From the NCBI RefSeq assembly GCF_009914755.1, contig NC_060938.1: a stretch of 64,000 bases of DNA; one strand, written 5' to 3'. Positions within the stretch are counted from its first letter, which is position 1. The number at the start of each line of letters is the position of its first letter. The notes under the pieces are model-generated. The model did not search any database. It was not told where the DNA came from and saw only the letters and a program-made list of their open reading frames with translations. This document shows positions 18,698 to 30,836 of this stretch, in pieces. A program made the translations under genes and the position numbers. The DNA comes from the human T2T-CHM13v2.0 reference genome, Homo sapiens.

Positions 18698-18729
18698 GAC
18701 CAGCCAAGACTTTTACTTTATAAAGATAT

Positions 18730-21300
18730 TTATGATGTTTTCTTTTCTTTTTACAGTACGCATTGCATTTATAATTGGAGATACAAAAAAAGGTGACTGT
18801 TACTGTTTGACAGCAAGGCAGTAGTATTATCTTCATCAATATTTGCAACTTAATTCGCAGGAACCTGTAAGAGAAAGCCCAGACAAAACTTTAAGGCAAA
18901 GAAGTTACACTTGTAAAAAATGAGAGGACTATTTTTTTATAATAACAAATATTCCAGGTGAGGACTGGTCAGGATCTACCACTGCTCCATCTCACTTGAT
19001 AAGTCTCATGCCTGCCAGGGTAAGAAGGAGCAGAGAGAAGGACAAATGCCAGTGAGTTTCCTCTCCCACTAAGGATCTGTTTGTCAAGTTTCCTACCATC
19101 AAGTGGAAGATGTACTAAAAATAAAATGTACCCTTGCAGATGCTAGCAGAGAGGCACAAAATAGAAAAGGAGGTAAGCCCATATATTGTGGAGAAAGAGA
19201 TCCAACTTAAGATTCAAAATGCACCAGAAAGCTGTGTAAAGTTAATAAAATTACTCAAAATCTTGGAACATTTGTTTCCTCACCTGTAAAATGGGGATCA
19301 TGTGCCTACTTCATAAGTTGTTTTGACAGTTAAATTCACAGAGATATTTAATAGAGCCTGCTATGGCAAGTGTTCACATTAACAAAGTAGTATCAAACTT
19401 CAAAATATGGGAAAGGTATTTTGAATAATGTCTATGAGGCCAAGGACAACATGCCCAGCTTCACAATCAATCCCAGCCACATTACACTGAGGAGATCTAC
19501 AGGCAACTATATTTCTTCAACAAATTCCATTAGAGAGGAAGAGTGTGTAGTCTGAAAACATGACACAAATGTGACCAGTGTACAGTGACTTAGGTAGTCG
19601 GGGGTGGAATCCCTACATATTCTCTGAATTGCAGCTACACAGTGAGTTCCCAGGAAACAAATGGAATAGAAAAGGTGACACAAAATATACTACCATAAAT
19701 GGGGTGAGCATAGCAGGTTCACAACCACAAATGTAAGCAGGAGACTCAAATCACCAGGAGCACCTAGATCTGTGAACAGCAGCTTGTGGTGGCATCAGGT
19801 TCAACTTTCTGAGACCACCGGTGTGGGCAGTGTCTTTGCAGGCACATACTCGGCAGCAGTGTATCTGAAGACAGATCTCAAGGCTCTTCTCTTCACTAAT
19901 TATTAAGATGATAGATGATGGATACCCTCACGTTACAACATCCCCACTAACGCTGTGGACAAGTGAATTCAGAAACCCACACCTAAATACACAGTGAAGA
20001 GTAGGATGAGAATACTGCAGGATAGGTTAGGAATGCAGGCATTCGACCCCATAGAGTCTATTTAAAATAAGAGAAGGGCCCTAGTATTGTGCTGTGGTCC
20101 TCCTATATATAGTTCTTTATTTTTCCAATTTCATAAAGGCCATACAGTTTTTCTTCCTTTCTTCACAAATGTGCTGATGAACCCATGAGTAATTCATCCT
20201 GAAGGGGTTAATTCCTCATAAAGTACAGTAACGTGATTCAATTGCTATGATGAGGTTTTTCAGGATTTTTTTATAGTGTCCCATACTCACCGATCACAAG
20301 TGAAAATTATAAGAACATGTAATTTGAACAAAGTATTCTTTTCACATAGAGAAATACACAGGTTTATACAGATTAGATGCATCATCAAAGTTGGTAACAT
20401 CTGGGAACAAAAGGAACTATCCTGAGGACATAAGGAACTTAGGGACGTCGATTATTAAGAGGCTACCTGCAAGTGGAACTTCTGGGTTTTCATTGTCTAG
20501 ACAGAAAAATTTAACTCATAAGCCCCAGTATATTAAGGTACATCCCCAACGGCTGTGGGGGATCAACTTTCCATCCAAAGCAGAGATGTAAAACATGAAT
20601 GACTTCAAATGCGGCTCAAGTGCTCTGCACCTTGAAAGTCATCCCCACAAAGCTGGAGCACCACCTGTTCCTGAGGGATGAGGTCACCAACTGCTTTTTT
20701 GAGACACTCGTCAGTCAGGACTCAGTTGAGATGAGGCTGGTGATTTCAACTGTAAAATATCTAAACCATCGTCTTTAGGTAGATTCTTATGCCTGGGAAT
20801 TGTGGTTTTCTCCTCTGCTGTTAGCAGATCCTGAGTAACCCAAGAAATACCCGCTCTCACCCGTCAAGTTCTATATCACAAGAAAGGCGCTGCAGACGGT
20901 GACATTTTCACGAAGGAGCCACAGCCCGCATCACCCCCTGAAAGCTCTGAAGTTGCGCACGGGTGGGTCACGCAGCAGGTGGATGTCTCAGTTCCCATAG
21001 AGTTTAGCAGAGCAGGCGGCTCCCTGGGCTGGAAGAGGTGCGATGCTCTGGAAACCCCCCGCGGGTGTGTATGTGAGAGGACACCGAGATGTTCAGCGGG
21101 CTGTTCAGTGAGGACCAGACCCCTCCGATTTGAGCAAGGGAGGTGCACTTCGCAGGGTCACACCGTCCTCATCGCCCAGCCTAGACCTGCCCCTCAAGTC
21201 CTTCTGCGGACTCCCTTGGCGAGGGGGTGGCACAGAATCAGCATGTGGCATCGCTTAGGAAAGGACGAGTCCACACCGCCCTGTCCCTCCCTCCAGGGCT
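18730..21300 (-). ncRNA. Putative spliced lncRNA from the CpG island (exon ending at 20861; exon 20400-20291; exon starting at 18864)
   Basis: Minus-strand donors G|GTGAGA (20860) and G|GTGAGT (20290). Acceptors TTCCTTTTGTTCCCAG| (20401) and CTTTCTCTTACAG| (18865). No ORF. Predicted from splice signals only. Confidence 0.4.
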
Positions 21301-22490
21301 GCGCACCACGGGGTAGGACAGACAGCGCATGCTGGTTTTGTAGTTAGCAGGTCGGCGACCAATGGGCTGGAAACCGTTAAGACACCATAACTCCCAGCAC
21401 TCCTAGCTAGGGACGCGCCTCCCTATCCTTCGCTTCCATACTACACACCGCCCCCAAACCCAGCGCATGCTGAGATTGTAGTCCGTTAGCCTCGCGACCA
21501 ATGGGCTGGAAATACTGAAAGGACTATGACTCCCAGGATGCTTTGCGAGGTACCCGCCGTCCCGATCCTTCCTCTAGGGCTGCGCACCGCCCCCAAGCCC
21601 AACGCATACTGGGATTGTAGTCAGGTAGTCCTGGGACCAACTGACTGGAAACTGTTAAGAGACCATAACTCCCAGCACGCCTGGCTAAGGACGCACCTCC
21701 CTATCCTTCCCTTCAGTGCTACACACCGCCTCGAAGCCCGGTGGCTGCTGGGATTGTAGTCTGCAGGCCGGGGGCCATCGCTGGAAACCGTTAAGAGACC
21801 ATAACTCCCAGCATCCCTGGCCAGGGACGCGCCTCTCTATCCTTCCCTCCAGCGTTACACACCGCCCCAATCCCGGTGCATGCTGGCATTGTAGTTCGGT
21901 AGCCTTGCGATCAACGTGCTGGAAACTGTTTAAGGACTATGACTCCCAGGACGCCTTGCGAGGGACCCACCCTGTTGACCCTTCCTCCAGGGCTGGGAAC
22001 CTCCCCTAAGCCCAGCGCATGCTGGGATCATAGTCCGACTGCCGCGACAGAAAGGCTGGGAGTGGATCTGAGACTACAGTTCCAACACTACGGGGAAAAT
22101 TTCATCTTCTCTGAGACTACAGTTCCAACACTGCGGGGATAATTTCATCTTCTCCTCCGCCCCTCCATGTTTCCAGTGCAATTCCGCCCTGCTGAGGGGA
22201 GCCTATCTGTTCCCAAACTTCTGCGTGCGAGGAGACAGCGTGGCCAGGGCAGGTGGTCTCACTTGTAATTGTGACACAGTCTCCCCACGTGCCAGTTGTA
22301 CGACTATTTGTGCCTGAAGTTTGATTTCTCTCTGACAAGACAGAGCCCGGGAGCCTCTAACAGCCTGCCCAGCGTTGCCGTAACGCTTGCTCTCGGGGAG
22401 CTGGGCGCGCCCAGACCTTTGCAGGGCCCCTCCCTCAGCCCCGACCCTTCTCCTCGCCCCTCCCCTGCCACGCCCCTTTCGACATGCTGG
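20840..22490. promoter_or_regulatory. CpG island / probable bidirectional promoter
   Basis: GC-rich and CpG-dense non-Alu sequence in an AT-rich background, with many SBS motifs and GC boxes. Confidence 0.8.
21270..22153. repeat. ~139-bp tandem repeat (about 6 units, ACRO1-like) carrying paired ZNF143/THAP11 SBS motifs, ending in a 43-bp tandem duplication
   Basis: GCATGCTGGGATTGTAGT variants at 21327, 21465, 21604, 21743, 21878, 22017. AC(T/C)AT(G/A)ACTCCCAG at 21384, 21523, 21663, 21798, 21937. The 43-bp unit starts at 22068 and 22111. Confidence 0.88.
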
Positions 22491-23569
22491 AAAGTCATCT
22501 ACCTTTAATAACAGTCATCTTTGCAAAAAAAAAAAAAAAAAACTCTGAGAATAACCTATCTCCCATTCTATTTAGTATTTATTTCCATAGTATCCATAAA
22601 TAGTAGCAATTAGATATCACAGCAAGTCAAGCAAAAGCCCTGCCTTGCCTGTTTCATAAACCACGATATGGCCTTGCTGTGGTTTTATTTGTATTTTGTT
22701 TTGTATTTATTGACCTTTTGGATATAAATATTTAGGTATTTGGAAAGTTTTTGGAAGTATTCCGCTATTAGTTGTTGATTTACTTTTGTTCCCTATTTAA
22801 TTTTTTTTGTCTCTCCCTTCTCCTTAGACTCAGTCATTCCACAGGTCTCGAGAGCTCTGTTCATTTCCTTTAAACTTTTTGTACTTTTTTTTTTCCAGAC
22901 TGGATAATTTCTATTGCTGTGTCTTCTGTTTTAAATCTATGGCTAAACTCAAAAGATTTTTTTCATTTCCTTATCTATAATTTTTTTATATATATGTTCA
23001 TTTCTCTGCTGAAGTTCCACATCTGTTTGTTTATGAATAGAATATTTTCTTTTTTCCCCATGAACATATTCATAAAAACTGCCTTCAAATTCTTGTCTGC
23101 TGATTGCAACATCCTGGGATAGCTTCTACTGCCTGCTTTTGATATTGTGTATGGATGACATTTTCACGTTTCTTTACAAGTCTTATGAATTTTAAAATTG
23201 TGCACTAGAAACTATAAATGATAATTATAGAATAGAAACTCTGGATTTTGTTGTTTTACCTTGAAGACTTTTGTTTTATAAACAGGGTTCATTGGGCTAG
23301 TGTCAAACCAATGCTTGTGTCCGCTACAGTGGGTATAGCTGAAATCTTCATTCAGTTGTTAAACACACATATCATATATGTATTATGCATAGGCGTTTTT
23401 CTATAATAATATATTTTATTCAAGTTTCATCATTGTTATTTGTGAGAGTTCAACAAGCTAGTCCACACTTAGTGGAAGTCAGAACCTCAGTTTTATTTGA
23501 TTGTAACATTTTATATAAACAAAATTATATAGTATGTATACTTGTACATCTGTTTTCTTTATTTCCTTT

Positions 23570-23835
23570 TCTGTTTTCTTTCTTTCTTTCCTTTTCTGTC
23601 TTCTTTCTTTCTCTCTTTCTTTCCTTCTTTCTTTCTCTCTTCTTTTTTCTTTCTTTCTTTTCCCCAGGTTGGTGTGCAGTGGCATGATCTCACTGCAACC
23701 TCTGCCTACCAGGCTTAAGATATCCTTCCACTTCAGCCTTTTGAGTCACTGGGACCGCAGCCTTGCACCACCATGCCCGGCTAATTGTTTTGTATTTTTG
23801 GTAGAGACAGGGTTTCACCATGTTGCCCCAACTGG
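23570..23835 (-). mobile_element. Partial Alu with (TTTC)n-derived tail
   Basis: Pyrimidine microsatellite at 23570-23660 followed by antisense Alu. Confidence 0.8.
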
Positions 23836-23909
23836 CATGTCTGCTTTCTTTTATGCAACATTACATTTGTGATATTCACCCACCAGTTGCAAATAGCTAT
23901 AGTCTGTTC

Positions 23910-24205
23910 ATTTTAGAAAGTAGTTTTTACCTTTTAGTAAAATATAAAAATACATGAAATTAACCATTTTATTATTTTTTTTGTGTGCAGTTTAAAGAAA
24001 TTAAATACATTCAGATTGTTTTGCAACCATTGTCCAAGTTCATAAGGAACTGTTTTTCAATCTTTTAAAAGTGAAACTCTGTACCCAGTAAACAACACTC
24101 CGCTTCCATTGCCCTTTGTGTAGTCCCTGGAAACTACTCTTCTACTTCGTGTTTCTATGAACTTAACTGCTGTAAATATCTCATATGAGTGGAAAGAGAC
24201 AATAT
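23910..24205 (-). mobile_element. L1MB-like 3' end fragment
   Basis: Antisense L1M 3'UTR motifs (AAATACATTCAGATTGTTTTGCAACCAT...CTCATATGAGTGGAA). Confidence 0.7.
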
Positions 24206-24716
24206 AACAAAAAAATCATGAGGAAGAATAATATATACTATATAACATATGTTTATCCATTTTAAGAAAAATGCTAGCAGAGATCAGGTCATGGTGATTA
24301 TAGAGAAAGGTAGGTAACAGTGAAAAGGGGATTGGTTGCATTAAATTTACGACGTGATGCCTCAAGTGCCAGAGCAGTGAGCTTTCTGCCCCACTCGCAG
24401 GGCTGGTCAATGGTGTGGCTGGAACCCTACTCGAGCTGCCTGACTGCCAGAGCCCATGCTTAGTACAAACTTCAATGAGCCATGAAAGCAATTCCAACAA
24501 CAGGCACTTAATGGCTCTGAGATTTTATCACAGCCTGTTCTTCATGGCTAGCAACTTCAGAGAAGAGTGACAGCTGTGAGGTTCCAGAAGCCACACCTCA
24601 GGTCCCCCAGTTCCTCCCCAGCAGCTGGAGTCCAGGTGCAACAGGACCTGATGCTGGCCAGGGAACCCTGGCCACAGGCTGTGTGAGGCTGGCGGCAAGA
24701 CAGTCTCCCCTCCTAC

Positions 24717-26190
24717 CCTCTGCTCATCTGCTAGGTCTTTGCCTTTTATTCTGATTGTGCTGCTCCAGGCTTGGCACCAAGCCCGAAATTCCTCTTGAGT
24801 CTGAAGATGATGATGGTTTCCAGCTGTGTGGAACTGCTGCATCTCCTGGAGGACTTTAATCTTCTGGAGACAGAGGGAAAGACAGGATGCTGACAGGGCC
24901 TGGGTGAAAGACTCTGTAGGGGCCTTATAAAAGAAGGGAGGAGGGCTGGTCTCTGAGGTGTTTCTTTTAAGGGGCTCTCACCTCCCCTCCAATATCATGC
25001 AGCCCTAACTGGTTCTCAGAGTTGAATGTAAACGGCCCTTCCTCTAGGAAGTTGTCATCAACTTCACTCCCCTGATTGCACCCTGCATTAGGATAGGTCT
25101 CCTCCTTCTCTGTGTATTACTCCCTTTCAATAAATCTTAGATGCGGAAGAAGGGACCAGGGAATGTCCTGCCCAGGGTGATTTCTCATTTCCACCTCCAC
25201 CCTCCCTCAAAGTGAGGACTTCAGCTACTGCTCACCTTTCTGTTTTTCTGGGTTTTGATCACATTTCTCTGGAAGACAGAAAACCAAAGACCATCAGAAA
25301 GGTCCGCTGGTCCATAACTAGCCTCCATTTCCAGCGATTTCCAAGCTTCACCACCACCAGAGCCACCAGGGTCACGGAATGTGCACAAAAGAGGTCTTGC
25401 AGCTCTGCAGCTTCACTACTCAGGGAGTGGGACTGATGGCTGCTGTGGAGCCTCCATCACTCATGAGTAAAATACCCTGTTTACGGGATGGGGAGGGCTG
25501 CGAGGCCCTCGCAAAAAATTTTGGCAAGGACTGGGATCTAGGAGCTCAGTTCAAGACTCTCTTCTCCCAGGCCTCAGGATCCTGGTCCCTGACCTGTCTG
25601 CTCCAGGCTCACTCACATCCACACATTCCTTCATGGCAATGTCCAGCATCACCACATCAGTGAGGAATGTCCCCAGAGAGGGCATGACTTGGGAGGTGCC
25701 CACCCAAGTCCTGTCCGCTGAACTCTTATAAACCCCTGCCTCCTGGCGCCCTCTACCTAGGTTACCCACTTGGAGTAGCTGAGAACCCTCAGCTGCCTTT
25801 TCCCAATTCTCTATGTCTTCCCATTAGCTGGCCTCTATTGCCACCAACCTCACCATAATTACCTCCTTGGTGGGATTTTAACAAGCCACAAGGTCATGTG
25901 GTCCCTGGCTCCACCTGTTTTAAAAGCCACACGGAGCCCAGCTCTCCCAGGCCTTGCTCTGGTCTGTCTAATGAAGGTGTTTTAGGCACTGCAGCCCCAG
26001 GAGAAAAGGGCTGGAGTAGAAAGGCCCTCTGCTTTTTTGATTTGGAGGTTTCCAGCTGGGAGAAGTAAGCTCTGTTCTCTGAAACCCTGGAGCCCTTCCC
26101 CATCACAGGCACATTCACCTTCTGCTGTCACAGCCTCACCTAAGCTCTCTGGGGCTCCGCTACAGGGTAGACAACTTGTACGGTGTTCAC
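24717..26190 (-). pseudogene. Unprocessed RalGDS-related (RGL4/Rgr-like) pseudogene, RasGEF/CDC25 C-terminal exons: 26190-26119, ~25689-25617, 25268-25236, 24863-24717
   Basis: Exons with GT donors and mostly intact AG acceptors translate to ...PQRA*VRL*QQK | VMPSLGTFLTDVVMLDIAMKECVD | RNVIKTQKNRK | KIKVLQEMQQFHTAGNHHHLQTQEEFRAW. These are collinear with RALGDS GTVPYLGTFLTDLVMLDTAMKDYL | INFEKRRK and RGL4 VRVLQEMQ. Confidence 0.85.
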
Positions 26191-26817
26191 CTGCTAGGAT
26201 GAGGGACAAGGTCAGTGAAAATATGCTTCTTTCAGTTACGCCTCAGCCACACTAACCTTGGACACGGATAAGTGGCCTGAGTCAGCTTGTCCAATGCTCT
26301 GACCATCTCCAGTGAGCTCTGACTCTAGACTCACTCCCAGGTCCAACACTCCCTGGATGTGTCATTTTGGGCATGCAGTCGGGTTTCCCTGAGCTGTTTC
26401 CTCAACTGGAAAGTGTGGTGGGAACCAACTACCTCACAAGGCCTCTTACCACCTCGGTTTCATGTGGTTGTCATGATTGCTGTCACCATCATCCCTCTCA
26501 GGATGAGCCAGACACAAGCACCCTCAGATTCTCTGTCTCCCTGAGCCCCATCACCACCTTGTGAGGCCTGCCCAACAGGCTCATCATTCCTAAATTTTCC
26601 ACATAAGAAAACAGAGGCCCAAAGCGGCAATGACATGCCAAGGACCCCACAAGAGAGGCCAGCTCCTCCCTCAACCTGGAGGCACTGTCCCGGCTGCCTT
26701 CACCTAACACCCTAGCATCATCACTGACCAGCATTCCATCTTCTAAACTCTATGAGTGACAATATTCCCAGCCAGGCCCTGTGGCAGTGGACATGGTTCT
26801 GAGAATTGGGAATCTAA

Positions 26818-27375
26818 TGTGGAGGAAAAGTTAAATATTTAATATGAACTCAATTGAACATGGGCACAAACAATGGTCACGAAGTCCTGGAACAGGTTGC
26901 ATGAGCCCCTTGAGGTGTTCATCCAGCGCTGTTTCAGAGAAATCTTTCAATCCATTCCTATACATTAGTTATTGAAAAAACAACAGACAATTGCAAAAAC
27001 AAGTTGATCTTTTGTGTTCCTTGAGCCCAGTTGTGAAGGGCACCTGTGACTGCGCCTCATGCCAAACAACACATTACAAAAAGAGCTAGGGTCCCAGACT
27101 GTGCTGAAGTTTCATGAGACCTCTCCTCATCTGTGCATGGACACGTGGCTGACTCTGGAGCCCAGGCTGTTGCTTCCCAGTCTGGTAATGAATCCTCCAT
27201 AGTCTGGTGCGTGTAAATATACATTTATATATTTTCTTTCTGTCCTTCCCATTGCAATTTGCTTATTATATTATTTGCTTCTCAAGTCTGTATTGCCATA
27301 CACTTGGGATAAAGGCTATTTATCCTTAAAACTATTGTGGGTGCCTTTTCTTTTCCCCTCGTTCATTTCCCGCAC
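26818..27375 (+). mobile_element. LTR18-like LTR, last few bases missing, no TSD
   Basis: Starts TGTGGAGGAAAAGTTAAATAT and ends ...TTTCCCGCAC. Homologous to 837-1346 and 30837-31385. Confidence 0.85.
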
Positions 27376-28786
27376 CGGAGCCCAGGTGATGGAATCTCGA
27401 AGTGACCTCACTTCCTTAGTTACAAACTCAAAGAAAGTTTAGAACTCTGGTAACCTGGAGCCCTAATTCTAGAGACAGCTTTGTATTTACTAAGGAGACT
27501 CTGAAGACAGCAAGATGTTCTCCTGCTATGTCTTGAATTTCTGAGGCTCTCATCTCAGGAAGGCTTGAACAGAGAGACTTTTTTTTATGATGGAGACAGT
27601 GCTCATTCTGCACTGCTGGCTCTTCTGGCCATTTGGAAAGGGTTACCCATAGATAACACAAGGCCACCCATGGCAGGCCTATCCAGGCCAGGCCTCACCT
27701 TTGATATCATCTCGGCAGGCACACACCCCTCCTCATCTCCACGTCTCGTGGGAAAGAAAGAGATAATGGGTCCTTTCTTGACAGGAGCAGGTTTCCAGGT
27801 ATTGGGAGGCTAAAAGCCTGTCAAATTTATACCGCAGGTTACAGTTGGCAGGAGGGGAAGGTGAGTGCTGGGGGTCACCTTTGTTTGTTCAGACATTTAT
27901 TCTAAGGCTTCAAGCTGTCCTCTTGTTTTCTCCCTGGCTGGAGGTCTGCGCAAATGCTCCTATGTGCCTGATCTGGGGAGTAGACTTTCTAACTGGAATT
28001 TCCCCTGTGGGGAAAGCCAGGATGCCATTGATGCCTCTTGGCCAGGCTTCCAGGCACTCTCTTTGCAGAACTCTATTGAGGAGATCCCTGAGGAGCTGTT
28101 TGATGAGTCCAACTACTCCATCTCATTGAACAAAAGGCAGGTGCATCATGCCAACAACCATGGCCCGTGCTAGTCTGGAGTCAAGGTGGGCACAGAGAGG
28201 TCTCCAAATGGAAAAGACCAGGGAAGCCCAGGACCCTGACCCAAATGTGAGGATTCCCCAGAAACCGTTTTAGGGCTTTCTCCATTAAGGACCCACAGTT
28301 CCTTCCCAGAGGAATTTGGCCTCCATTAGTCCATAATGGCAACTTAGGTGCACAGTCCCCGGTCATATGCTTGCAGGAATGTCAAAAGAAACACTTTTGT
28401 GTTGTTATTACTTTACATTAAGTTGTGAGTATCTTTGCATGTTGCTATTATTTTTATTGTTATATCTACCCACCCCACATACTTCCTGGAGCAGGCAGCT
28501 TCACTGCCTTGCCAGACCTTCTCTAAGTCTTAGAAGTTCACACTGTTACTAGAGAGAGAGGTTTCACCCAAAAAGTGGGAGTTATGCAAAAGGGTCTTAT
28601 ATGACTCTTTACATATGTATCCCAGAGCCCACCTCTATAGCCCCATCAGGACAGGAGCTGTGTCCTCATATGTCTTTATAAGATTCCATAAGTGGGGCCT
28701 TTCCCTCAGTAATTTAGGCTTTTAATACTGGTGGAGCCTGACATAATAAATTCTATTTCCACTTCAGCCATGCTACAGGGAATATC

Positions 28787-29109
28787 TTTTTTTTTTTTTT
28801 TTTTTTTTTTGAGACGGAGTCTCGCTCTGTCGCCCAGGTGGGAGTGCAGTGGTGCAGTCTCGGCTCACTGCACTCTGCCTCCTGGGTTCACGCCATCTTC
28901 CTGCTTCAGCCTCCTGAGTAGCTGGGACTACAGGCGCCTGTCACCACGCCCGGCTAATTTTTTTTCTCTGTGTGTGTGTGTTTTTTTTTTTAGTAGAGAC
29001 AGAGTTTCACCGTGTTAGCTAGGATGGTCTCGATCTCCTGACCTCGTGATCCACTCGCCTCGGCCTCCCAAAGTGCTAGGATTACAGGTGTAAGCCACCG
29101 CGCCCAGCC
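28787..29109 (-). mobile_element. AluY with (TG)n in the linker
   Basis: TSD GCTACAGGGAA(T/C)ATCTT at 28772 and 29110. Confidence 0.93.
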
Positions 29110-29134
29110 GCTACAGGGAACATCTTATCTGTGT

Positions 29135-29532
29135 CCTAATAGGCTGTAACGCTTTGCTATGACTTCCCTAATACAGTACCACAGGCTGAAGTTCTTTAAC
29201 AACAAAAACTGAATGTCGCACAATTCTGGAAGTTAGAAATCCAACCTCAAGCTACTGGCCGTGTGGTTTCTCTGAGGTCTCCATCCTCGGCTTGTAGATC
29301 GTCATCTATTATATCTGTGTTCACAAGATCTTCTCTTGTGCTTTTCTGTCCTTCCTGCCTCTTCTAATAAGGGCTCCAGTCATCTGGAATTAGGATACAC
29401 CCCAATTAATTCACTTAAACCTAACTACATTTGCAGAGGCTATATGTTCAAATATAGTCATGTTCTGAGGCACTAAGTGTTAGGACATGAACATATAATT
29501 TTTAGGAAGGGAATGCAATCTAGCTCACAACA
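29135..29532 (-). mobile_element. MaLR LTR (MLT1-type)
   Basis: AGTACCACAGGCTGAAG...CACAATTCTGGAAG...CTAGCTCACAACA, typical MLT1 antisense sequence. Confidence 0.75.
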
Positions 29533-30836
29533 TTTACTAATCCCTTGTAGATTATAGTCTCCCAGGAAAATGATTACTCAGTGAAACAGTAGGAAAGTGT
29601 AAAGGTTTAATAGGAGAAGCCGGAATATATTCCAAAAGGGTTGTGAAAGCCGTACTGTAAATAGTAGTTTCTGAATTTATCTGCTTTTATGTATCCAGAA
29701 CCTCTTGGTTGTCAACATTCTTTTAATTTTTTTGTCAATCTGCTATCTATGTGGCAAAAAAACATGTTTCTATTTCAATTTTTCAACTGATATATTTGAG
29801 TTACCTTTCAGTTGATTTATACTTATTTGAGTTTTCTGTTCCCTCAGTTAATCCGCTCAATTCCTTGGCCCTGTGAGGGGTTTCTCTCACCTTGGAGTCC
29901 CCAAGCACTGACACCTTTGTCAGGTGTGGGGTTGCTGTAGTTATTTCTCAACACTCCCTTTAAGGTTTTAAAAGACCCAGTTCAGTTGCTTTAAGTCAAA
30001 AGGGTTGTCTTAGGGTATCTTATCCTGTGCCCTGTCTCTAAAACAGAAAGAAAGTGAGCCTTCCCCATGCCCTTCCCCCTAAGTCAGGGACAGACATAGA
30101 GCCTCAGGTAGCTTAAAGGGAATTTCATGCAACCCCCACCGTGGAAGATTCTCTTTCTTACTTGTGTTTTTCTGAGCAGCCATTTGACATCACAAAGCTT
30201 TATTTTCTCATTTGTAGGCTGAGTATGTTTTTTTGGGAATTCTCTGGGATAATGCTCTTCATAAAGATTATTAATACAAGTGGGTGCTGTTGTCTTACAG
30301 CTGATATGATATCGTGAAGGCCTTGAATGTATTCATGGATTAATTATTCTCTACCTCCACATTAAATTTGATATCAGAGGCCTAAAACCTTTTTCACCAT
30401 AAACACCCATGTCCTCCACATGCCCAAGTCTCTGAAGGATGGAGATTTCCTCATCCAAGCTCCACATTCCAAGCCTCTGGTGTTTCATGGTCTTGCCATG
30501 AAAAGTCTTGTCCCCTCCCCAAGAGGAAATGAGTCTATTCTTAACCTAGAGGTGTGAATGATGCCAATGCGCCAAACCAGGCACAACGGAGAAGCTGACG
30601 AAGTCCCTGACAGCAGCCTTCCAGGGTCAAACTCTCTTCTTTTTATCATTTTTCTCAAGTTTTACCAGGACTTCCTCACCACTCTGTAGTTCCTGGACCA
30701 GCTGTCTAGTAGTTGAGCATATGTCTTCTCCAAGGCACAGTGGTGACTCTGCCAGCTACTAACTGTGTCTTAGCATACCAGTGCATCTTTATCAGCCTCA
30801 ATTTGCATCTTTATAGAGAATTGTAAAATGAACCTC

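Noticed and set aside
21270-22153. CRISPR-like regularly spaced repeats
   Set aside because: The context is eukaryotic, the 'spacers' are homologous to each other, and there are no cas genes. It is a tandem repeat.
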